Origin: Nitrospinia bacterium
GTDB taxonomy: Bacteria > Nitrospinota > Nitrospinia > Nitrospinales > JAJDAT01
Direction: 5' to 3'
DNA: 64,000 nt
Assembly (NCBI GenBank): GCA_029261715.1
Contig: JAJDAT010000032.1
Location: 10,575 to 74,574, forward strand
This document shows positions 56,101-62,573 of the stretch, piece after piece (within the stretch, counting starts at the first letter, position 1; each line of letters begins with the position of its first letter). The notes under the pieces are model-generated. The model was not told where the DNA came from. It made no database searches and saw only the letters and a list, made by a program, of their open reading frames with translations. Both the position numbers and the translations under genes were made by a program.

Positions 56101-59100
56101 GTAGGTTCCGCTGCTGGAACTTTTAACGTAGACGATACGGAATTAGGCGCTATTACCACTACCGGAACCTTAATCATTGGCGACTCAAGTTTATCCAGTG
56201 CGATTACCGTGGATACGGTAGCCGGCGGGGCCAAAAACTTCTCTTTGCGAACCGCCAGTACGATTGATGACGCTGGCGATGCTGGGTCACATTTAACAAC
56301 TACTGGAACATTGTCATTGACTTCTAGCGGAGTGATTGGTTCTTCGGGGCAGGGATTGAACATCGATGTCGCTTCGGTCACGGTGACGCGTACCGGAGGC
56401 AATCACGTAACCTTAAGAGACGCTGGAACCAGCGACACGACTTATAACATAACAACCGACGGCGCAGGAAATATTTCCGTAACCCAAACCGCTAACAACA
56501 TGATCCTCGCCGGGTTATCTACTACTGGAACTTTTTCAAGTATTGCCAATACTGGATCAATTTCTGAGACGGCAACTTTAACTGTTGGCGGTCAAGCGAC
56601 TTTCAATACTACCACTGTGGGCCAGTCGACTACACTCAACACCAGTACTCATGCGTTTACCGGAACCATAATATTTAACACTACAAACGCGGCGATTGAC
56701 AATGGAACAAACGCCATTAGCTTTGGAACGTCCTCTATCGGCGGAACTTTAACTGCAACCACGGGTGGAACCATAAGTCAATCTGGCGCGTTAACCGTTT
56801 CAGGAACGAGTTCGTTCATTACCGACGTTGACGATCAAGCAATTACTTTAAGCAACACATCCAATGCTCTCACGGGAGCGGTTAGCTTTACCACTCAAAC
56901 AGCGGGCGGCAGTACCGGAAACGTTACTATCGATAACGGAACGACTAATTTAATTTTAGGCGCTTCTACGGTTCGTGGAACGTTGACAACCACTTCGGGC
57001 GGAACGATTACCCAATCGGGAGCTTTGACCGTCGACTCCACGTCTTCTTTCACCACCGACGTTGCAGGTCAATCAATCACTTTAAGCAATACGTCTAATG
57101 CCCTAGCTGGCGCAGTGAGTCTTTCCACCACCGGAGTGGGCGACGCGACACTGGATAATGGAACAACGGCATTAATATTAGGAACCCTGGGAATCGGTCA
57201 AAACTTAGCGGTCACGGCGGGTAACGCTATTACCGACACAGGCATTATAACGGTTGGCGGCACAGCCAGTTTTACAACAGACGTCGCAGGTAATAACATC
57301 ACTCTCGATTCCGGCAACCTCGTTACCGGAGCGGTTAGTTTTACCACAACAGGAGCGGGTACTGCCTCGTTTACGAGCAATACCACTCTCAATTTAGGTA
57401 CTGTTAGCACGGGAAGTTCTTTCACCGCCACTTCAGTTTCTGTCATTAATACCACAGCCGATATTAATACCGGAGGAGCATTGACATTAAACGCTTCTAC
57501 AGGAGTCAATCTAAGCAATAACGCCACTGCGGCTGGAACAATTACTATCGACACGGATACCGATAATAATGGCAATGGAGATTTTACGATAAGTTCATCA
57601 GCGGCTCTTTCTTCCGGCGGTAACACGATCTCAATTACGGCAAATGATATTGATTTAAGTACCTCGGCAAGCGCTGCAATCAACAGCGGAGCAGCCGCGA
57701 CAACCTTATTAGTGTCCGATGGAGGAACGATTGGATTAGGTGGTACTGCGGGCGACTGGACGTTAAGCGGCTCAGAATTAGAAAAAATTACTGCGACTGG
57801 TTTGACCATTGGCGGAACCACGAATGGCGACATCACGATCAACGGCATCACTGCGGCTAATAGCAATAATATTTCGGGAACGTTGACATTAAACGCAACT
57901 GGAGGCGCTGGCAGCGCCACGTTCGACACAACCGCTTCGACTTTTAACGCCTTAGCGGTCAATACCACCGACGAAATAGTAAACAATGTAGCCGTAACCA
58001 CCGATACAGGCGATCTCTCTTTAATCTCCACCGGGCAAGTTTTTGATGTATTTATTCAAGGAGCCTTGACTTCTGCTGGAGCCACAACGATCAGCGCTGC
58101 GGAAGCGGTCTTTTTCTCGGCTGCGGGGAGCATTACTGGAACGGGTTCCGGGGCAGTATCGCTTACTGCAAATAGCGATAATTTGAACGGCGATGGCACT
58201 CCTGGCGCCGGAGATACGGTCTTTATGACGTCGGGTTCTTCCATCAACGCTGGCAGCGGAACCATTACCATAACCGCGACGGGAGCCAACGCTGACGCGA
58301 TGACCCTCGATACTATTACGACTACCAATTCAAGCGGGTCGGCGATCACAATCAACAGTCGCACCAGTGTGACCTTAAACGGCAACGTTACTGCATCTGG
58401 CGGAGTAACCATAGATACCGACGTTAACGCCAATGGAGTCGGAGATTTCACAATTGCCTCTGGTCAAACTCTTAACACCAACGGCGGCGCTCTATCTATC
58501 ACTGCCAACGACGTAACGATCACCGGTAATTTGAATTCTGGTTCCGGCGCAACAACTTTCTTAGTATCTGATAGCGGAACTATAGGATTAGGCGGCACAG
58601 CCGGAAATTGGACGTTAGACGCCGCCGAGTTGGGAAGGATAACGGCAACAGGACTCAACATTGGCGACAACAACGACGGTGATATTACTGTTAATGGTAT
58701 TACAGCAACCAACAGCAACGGTATTTCCGGAACTCTTTCGCTAACAACGGGTGGATCGACTACCTTTGCGACAGGCGAATCCATATTCAATGCGCTTTCG
58801 GTCAGCGCTGTAAACGGAATCAATATAAATATCGATGTCGGGGCAGATACCGGAGCCATCACGTTGAACGCAGATAGCGACAACGATGGAACTGGCGCCT
58901 TCACAATGACGGCTAATACCGACTTAGAAACGATCAATCAAAATATTTCTATCACATCCTCAACATTCGTCATCGATACAACAGGAACCGACGCTTCTAT
59001 AATAGCCGGTAGCGGCACAGTTTCAATTAAAGCCAGTAATTCGAGAACTATCGGTTTAGGCAGTGGGTCCGGCAATTTAAGAGTCGACCAATTAGAATTA

Positions 59101-61533
59101 CAAAAAATCAACGCATCGGCTTTAACAATTGGAGACGCAACTTCCGGAGGTAACGTTAGAGTAAACGGTATCACTGCTACAAACAGCGATACCATTGCGG
59201 GCGATATCACTTTATTGTCCAACGGATCTATTACTTTTGCGGGGACAAGCGAGTTTTATAACAACGTAATCGCACAAGGCGATTCTGTAATCGTTGACGG
59301 TAGTTTAACCACCACTCAAAAATCTGGAAATTTAATATTAGGCGTTTCTGAACTTGCTGGCACCTTTGGCGACAACTCAGGAAGCTTCACCGTCGATATC
59401 ACAGTCAACGGAGTTTTAGTGTCCAACGATTTCTCAGTTTCGTCGACTACGGCTTGGGTTGATACAGGAATCACGATCAATGCAGGGGATTCAATTGTAA
59501 TCACCGCTACGGGTACGGTCGATTTAGGTGGAGGCAACATTCTTCCCAACGGTCCTGATGGCAGCCAACAGGGAGAAGATTTAATTGACGCCCTCAATGA
59601 TGCAGCATCTGTTCAAGCTGACTACACGACTCTTGGAGCATTGGTCGGTAAAATCGGCGGCACCGGCACTACAGCCGACGGCACCGGATTTTACATAGGT
59701 TCCAGTTACAGTTCGACTGGAAATATCAGCTTGAGCGGTAAAACTGGAGTGACTTTGAACGAAAGCGTTACCGCAAACGGCGCCGCATCTATTGACGCCG
59801 ATTCCGACAATAGTGGAGCAGGAACCTTTACGATTGCAGACAGTAAATCATTATCGACCGTTAACGACACTATCGGCATCGTAGCAGCCGATATAGATTT
59901 ATCAACCAGCGGAACCATCAGCGCTGGCACCTCTTCGGTAAGCATCGACACATCTACCGTTACAACCTTAGGACTCGGCGATACGGCCGGAGTCATGACC
60001 ATTTCTGGATCGGAACTTGGAAGAATCACTGCCAACACCATGACCATCGGCACAACGACAACATTGGGAGCCGTAACCGTTGACAATATTACAGCCGCTA
60101 ACAGTAATAATATTGCAAGCACGTTATTAATCAATTCTAGCAGCTCAGTAACCTTTGATACCGCCGCCTCTACATTTAATGTTTTATCTGTAGACGCACT
60201 CGGGGGCATCACGGTCAATCAAGCATTGACATCCGATACCGGCGATTTAACCTTAGACGCCAATACCGGAACGTTAACTACAAACGCAAGCGGAACACTG
60301 AGCGCAACTGGAGCATCGACCAACGTAACTTTGACCGCTGACGCAATCGTTTTGGGAGCGGCAATAACCGGTTCAGATACTTTTACGCTTCAAGCTTCGA
60401 CAGCAGGCAGGACTATTGGTATTGGCGCTGGCGCCACAGGACTGGTGAACTTGGACGCAACAGAGTTCGCTTTTGTTACTGCGGCTAGTTTTACTTCCGT
60501 AGTAATTGGAGCCAGTGGAGCTACTGGAGATATCGATTTTAATACCACAACAATTTCCAAAAACCTGACGGTACGCGGCGGGGCTTTTGACAACAGTAGC
60601 GGATTGAGCAACGTTACGGGAACTTTTTCGGCAGAATTGACCGCTACTTCGACGATTAGCGCTTTAACTTCTTCCTCAACTATTTCCATCGACATGGCGG
60701 GTAACGCGCAAGTACTGAATATCGGCGGCGCATTAATGGCTTCCGCCGCTATTAACATAGCTTCCGACGACGACATTATTTTTACTGTCGTCACAGCAGA
60801 TATCACTTCCACGACTGGAGGCATCAATTTAACGGCAGACAGCGACTCCAATTCCGATGCTGGAAGCGGCGGAGCCATCACTTTAATTGATAACGGAACC
60901 GACGGCATCATCATCGACGCTGGCGATGGTGACATTGCATTGAAGGCTGATGAGGATATCCGTTTGGGAAGATTGGTCACAACCAGTAGCACCGACACAG
61001 CGGTTGTATTGACCTCGGCGAGTGGAAGCATCATTGATGACGGCGACTCCGGTAGTCCAGATATTGAAGCTAAAACCGGACGATTGGTGATCGACGCAGC
61101 AACCGGTATCGGTTCCTCAGGAACCAAAGGGGCCAATGCTCTTGAAGACGGCATCGACATAGAAGTCGCTTCTCTAGATGTTGATAACACGACATCTGGT
61201 GATATCCTTTTAAATGAAACCGACGACGTGTTTCAATTCAATCTAACCAATTCTGGGGGTGGAAGCACTACACTAAATACCGATGGCATTATAACGGTGC
61301 CAACTACAACCACCGAAACCACGACTACTACGGAAACGACGACTGAAACAACTACAACTGAAACTACAACAACGACTACTACGGAAACTACAACAACGAC
61401 TACTGGAACTCAAATTGACCCAGCAGTATTGACTTCTTTAGGCGTAACTCAAGACACGGTAAACAATGCCGTTCAAAGTACCTTTGTGACCAGTTTTGGA
61501 GACAATGGCGGAGCTGGTGGTGGTGGTTGTTAG
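50176..61533 (+). CDS. Giant TpsA-like exoprotein/adhesin (3785 aa)
   Basis: TTG start after AGAGGA. Extended signal peptide, TPS domain (NQLITNWNSFNIGQSEHVQFNQPNANSTALNRVMG), two GDGGFVETSGK modules, a long Gly/Thr/Asn/Ala-rich repetitive body, a LecA-like insert, a Thr/Glu tract and a terminal Cys. Confidence 0.92.
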   Translation: MQRQPNNLSVSRVLKNRFNKILAVFLIYMIGGFPTLVFALPQDGQIVSGQGTIGLPSSNQMVINQNTNQLITNWNSFNIGQSEHVQFNQPNANSTALNRVMGQDPSSIMGRLSANGQVFLSNSSGIIFGQNSRVNVGGLMATTLGISNEDFLNRNYHFTQDESKPLAAILNQGIIEAGQVGLLAPRVENQGKIIASLGNVALSSGEAAILDFDGSGLINFEITEPVNGEVKDTDGNVVESGVINSGFVKAHNGNVILSAHQARGMVRSVVNNTGIIEANNVVKKGGRVFLIGDRVKNSGSINVTGTESGQTGGTVHILGNEVNISGGTIDASGEAGGGTILIGGDKQGQNPNIQNATNTTVSESAVIKADAINNGDGGKVIIWAENSTKVYAVISARGGANGGDGGFVETSGKKFLDVTKAADVSSPKGKAGTWLLDPTNIEIVSGPGNGDGSQVSVTTIETALNAGTSVHIVTSGQGLEEGSITVSTAILKSSGGNTSLTMTAHGDIIVNQSITSTNGTLDVNLIAGSNVLINAAIATNGGNLLADAGATNLPANISGSYTPAARISGAAVELPKIEVKADITTGGGDVTLGQFKTKSHSLIGGGTYTKENVAKADILIENASISTGGGDFKTNGATVNLNQTVINTDVGNINLDSNIGTPTLTLSANPDFNPILLSIPSINIGSNSSLTSLGGDITLSSNAAELIIVEEPVLTINIEGNASITTEGGNILIDGGDNSIVLVAGNLSVANPNGVGGTIQVLGTYVGITGDAELDASGDEGGGIILVGGDYQGKNEDVRNADRAFIASNASLKADALRIGNGGKVILWANDVARFYGSISAKGGATSGDGGFVETSGKNTLEFRGDVDITAANGDLGTLVLDPQDITIADGSGGADDTQVSGDSTALFADGGAVTFTISEQTLEGLTGNIILQATQDIIINDLTTDGVLNLSNLTSGESFVLQAGRHITFNNTANTISTSGGNIHLEADSVHSSAGAADGTGALTTGILSTSGGAITLIGTGFTLGGAINSGSGNINIAEAVNGGAFSLGSLDLSDAEADLITTTGTLTIGQATTAGTDGAGTGATTLNASVVTINTISNTTASNVAISATSNITFTGGASTFTGNLTVSTTTGAIAVNVDARSNGAVTMTSTSSTITVAADAQIVAEDDATGSSALTLTASGAVTLGGTTGGNGTENLENEGTGNVSVTSGGLVLSGVKTIGTGTGSIIIDVGSNDITDNDSADNDFFSNGDVTLTMGNVGANTGNNALRLASSGGELGNTLTVNINGTGKTAYISTHSTDDPFNTINVTLADDQSGFNYVTSPAVGTDTISGAAGASKHDLSFDLSDTNTTLNYTITEAAAKMDIVLGSGAGTGAITLTADDIDINAVLGVSGGSVTLKPNDTTRTIGLGGGTGDFNLSDADIANITDGQTSITIGAVGGTGAVGITSATFTDPITIRGGAMTVEGISAAANNVTLTSTSTIADTAGDDTTVDITTSGTLTLTSSGAIGSTASNSLNLDIGNLAITSTGGSGAVFITEADALTLGTVNAGTGAITLSAGGSITDNTSAITAGNLTITTTASGGAIGASGTALNTTLSGTLTATASTGTGGGIFISNTGNLLIGAVNAGSTSGDTVELISTTGMTNSSSAITAEDLTLTVSGAGAAIGASGTSNDINITLTGTLTATASNGAGGIFVGETGAMLVGAVNSGTGNMEFTTTTTWDNTSGLTVTGAALTITADTGVGLNESITTTGAVIIDADSGGEGDGNFDIATTKTLNSGGNTMSITSANIILTGNLNSGAAATTLLVSDGGTMGLGGGAGTWSLDDAELGRITATGLTIGDATNGNITVDGITTGNSDQITGTVTLNATTAAGTITFNGGTSTFNALTANAGNGINVNIDLDTIVGALTFDADSDNNQSGAFSVATLTTVATNNSAINVTAHTFDLSTATSTLDAGSGDVTLLQSLGGNTISVGSAAGTFNVDDTELGAITTTGTLIIGDSSLSSAITVDTVAGGAKNFSLRTASTIDDAGDAGSHLTTTGTLSLTSSGVIGSSGQGLNIDVASVTVTRTGGNHVTLRDAGTSDTTYNITTDGAGNISVTQTANNMILAGLSTTGTFSSIANTGSISETATLTVGGQATFNTTTVGQSTTLNTSTHAFTGTIIFNTTNAAIDNGTNAISFGTSSIGGTLTATTGGTISQSGALTVSGTSSFITDVDDQAITLSNTSNALTGAVSFTTQTAGGSTGNVTIDNGTTNLILGASTVRGTLTTTSGGTITQSGALTVDSTSSFTTDVAGQSITLSNTSNALAGAVSLSTTGVGDATLDNGTTALILGTLGIGQNLAVTAGNAITDTGIITVGGTASFTTDVAGNNITLDSGNLVTGAVSFTTTGAGTASFTSNTTLNLGTVSTGSSFTATSVSVINTTADINTGGALTLNASTGVNLSNNATAAGTITIDTDTDNNGNGDFTISSSAALSSGGNTISITANDIDLSTSASAAINSGAAATTLLVSDGGTIGLGGTAGDWTLSGSELEKITATGLTIGGTTNGDITINGITAANSNNISGTLTLNATGGAGSATFDTTASTFNALAVNTTDEIVNNVAVTTDTGDLSLISTGQVFDVFIQGALTSAGATTISAAEAVFFSAAGSITGTGSGAVSLTANSDNLNGDGTPGAGDTVFMTSGSSINAGSGTITITATGANADAMTLDTITTTNSSGSAITINSRTSVTLNGNVTASGGVTIDTDVNANGVGDFTIASGQTLNTNGGALSITANDVTITGNLNSGSGATTFLVSDSGTIGLGGTAGNWTLDAAELGRITATGLNIGDNNDGDITVNGITATNSNGISGTLSLTTGGSTTFATGESIFNALSVSAVNGININIDVGADTGAITLNADSDNDGTGAFTMTANTDLETINQNISITSSTFVIDTTGTDASIIAGSGTVSIKASNSRTIGLGSGSGNLRVDQLELQKINASALTIGDATSGGNVRVNGITATNSDTIAGDITLLSNGSITFAGTSEFYNNVIAQGDSVIVDGSLTTTQKSGNLILGVSELAGTFGDNSGSFTVDITVNGVLVSNDFSVSSTTAWVDTGITINAGDSIVITATGTVDLGGGNILPNGPDGSQQGEDLIDALNDAASVQADYTTLGALVGKIGGTGTTADGTGFYIGSSYSSTGNISLSGKTGVTLNESVTANGAASIDADSDNSGAGTFTIADSKSLSTVNDTIGIVAADIDLSTSGTISAGTSSVSIDTSTVTTLGLGDTAGVMTISGSELGRITANTMTIGTTTTLGAVTVDNITAANSNNIASTLLINSSSSVTFDTAASTFNVLSVDALGGITVNQALTSDTGDLTLDANTGTLTTNASGTLSATGASTNVTLTADAIVLGAAITGSDTFTLQASTAGRTIGIGAGATGLVNLDATEFAFVTAASFTSVVIGASGATGDIDFNTTTISKNLTVRGGAFDNSSGLSNVTGTFSAELTATSTISALTSSSTISIDMAGNAQVLNIGGALMASAAINIASDDDIIFTVVTADITSTTGGINLTADSDSNSDAGSGGAITLIDNGTDGIIIDAGDGDIALKADEDIRLGRLVTTSSTDTAVVLTSASGSIIDDGDSGSPDIEAKTGRLVIDAATGIGSSGTKGANALEDGIDIEVASLDVDNTTSGDILLNETDDVFQFNLTNSGGGSTTLNTDGIITVPTTTTETTTTTETTTETTTTETTTTTTTETTTTTTGTQIDPAVLTSLGVTQDTVNNAVQSTFVTSFGDNGGAGGGGC

Positions 61534-61566
61534 AGGTGGTCGTGCTTCGAGAGCCTCAGCATGACA
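61534..61566 (+). repeat. 33-nt hairpin-forming repeat, copy A
   Basis: AGGTGGTCGTGCTTCGAGAGCCTCAGCATGACA starts immediately after the giant-gene stop. 27/33 identical to copy C by manual count. Confidence 0.7.
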
Positions 61567-61636
61567 TTTTTATTAAATCTCAAAACCCTTATCCCGCACA
61601 CTTCATATCCTTCAGCCTGCGATTATTTTATATAAT

Positions 61637-61669
61637 TGTCACCCTGAGGTTCTCGAAGGGCGACTACCT
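61637..61669 (-). repeat. 33-nt hairpin-forming repeat, copy B (inverted)
   Basis: TGTCACCCTGAGGTTCTCGAAGGGCGACTACCT is the reverse complement of copy C with 2 mismatches over the 31-nt core. It abuts the GIY-YIG stop codon. Confidence 0.75.
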
Positions 61670-61974
61670 TATTCTTTAATTTTATTTGGTGTATATCTAA
61701 GAGAAAGCTTTGGCAAATCTTTATAAAGCTTTTTTATCAGCGCTTCTTTTTTATCTCGTTTCCATCCTTTGATTTGTTTTTCCCTAGCAATGGCGTCACG
61801 GATATCGAGAAAGTTTTCGATACAAACTAACTTTACTGGCCTGCGACCGTGCGTGTAACAATTATCAACCAAACCGTTTTGATGCTCATAAAATCTCTTT
61901 TCGACGCTATTGGTAACGCCAGTGTAGTAGCTATCGTCATTACACTGTAAAATGTAAACATAGTAGTTTTTCAT
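61669..61974 (-). CDS. GIY-YIG nuclease family protein (small, URI-domain only)
   Basis: 101 aa. YYVYILQCNDDSYYTGVTNSVEKRFYEHQNG is a classic GIY-YIG N-terminus. Confidence 0.85.
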   Translation of the reverse strand: MKNYYVYILQCNDDSYYTGVTNSVEKRFYEHQNGLVDNCYTHGRRPVKLVCIENFLDIRDAIAREKQIKGWKRDKKEALIKKLYKDLPKLSLRYTPNKIKE

Positions 61975-62054
61975 AAGAAACTCTAATAGTTTATAAAATT
62001 ATCATTTTAGGGTAATTTGAAAACAAAATTTAGCGTCTACGCTGAATTATTGAA

Positions 62055-62087
62055 AGGTGGTCGCCCTTCGAGAACTTCAGGGTGACA
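62055..62087 (+). repeat. 33-nt hairpin-forming repeat, copy C
   Basis: AGGTGGTCGCCCTTCGAGAACTTCAGGGTGACA lies 80 nt upstream of the GIY-YIG start. Together with copy B it forms inverted repeats bracketing the gene. Confidence 0.75.
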
Positions 62088-62515
62088 TTTTTTATTTTTT
62101 TGATTTTAGTTCCTTGTTCAATCAACAGAGACACCCCGTCTAGGTCTGACGCTCACCATGACAATTTTTTAATTCGACTTTGACCTTTCTTTCTTTGCGC
62201 TCTCTGCGTTCTTCTCGGTAAATAGGGTTTGCCATACAAAATTAGATTAACACCTACCAAGTATTTGTTGTATATATCCTTCAGGAATGTTATTAAATAG
62301 ACGGTCTTGTTCTTTTCCTTTGAACCCCCTCAAAAGGATTCCCCATCTTGAAACCTGTCTTTTTTCTTTTAAATAACAAACCCTCTTCTGACCCTCCTTC
62401 GTAAGAAAAACCCTAGCGAAATTTATTCATACCTCTAAAATATTTCGCTTTATTTTTTACCCTCAAATTTAACTCGTTTCTTCCAAAACCATCGCTCATT
62501 TACTGCTTGTAAAAG

Positions 62516-62524
62516 TGGTATACT
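62516..62524 (+). promoter_or_regulatory. Extended -10-like element TGGTATACT upstream of tpsB
   Basis: TGnTATACT lies 50 nt upstream of ATG 62574. No clear -35. Confidence 0.3.
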
Positions 62525-62573
62525 GTGTAGATTTGCTAAATTGGCCAATCTATGTCCATATTTTGAGTGATTG

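Noticed and set aside
50709-61190. Many long minus-strand ORFs inside the giant tpsA gene, for example 54468-56003 (511 aa), 57198-58031 and 60390-61190.
   Set aside because: - They lie entirely antisense to a strongly supported 3785-aa CDS.
- Their Val/Pro/Ala/Ser-rich low-complexity translations are the mirror image of the Gly/Thr/Asn/Ala codon bias of the sense strand.
- They have no independent start signals or recognisable domains.
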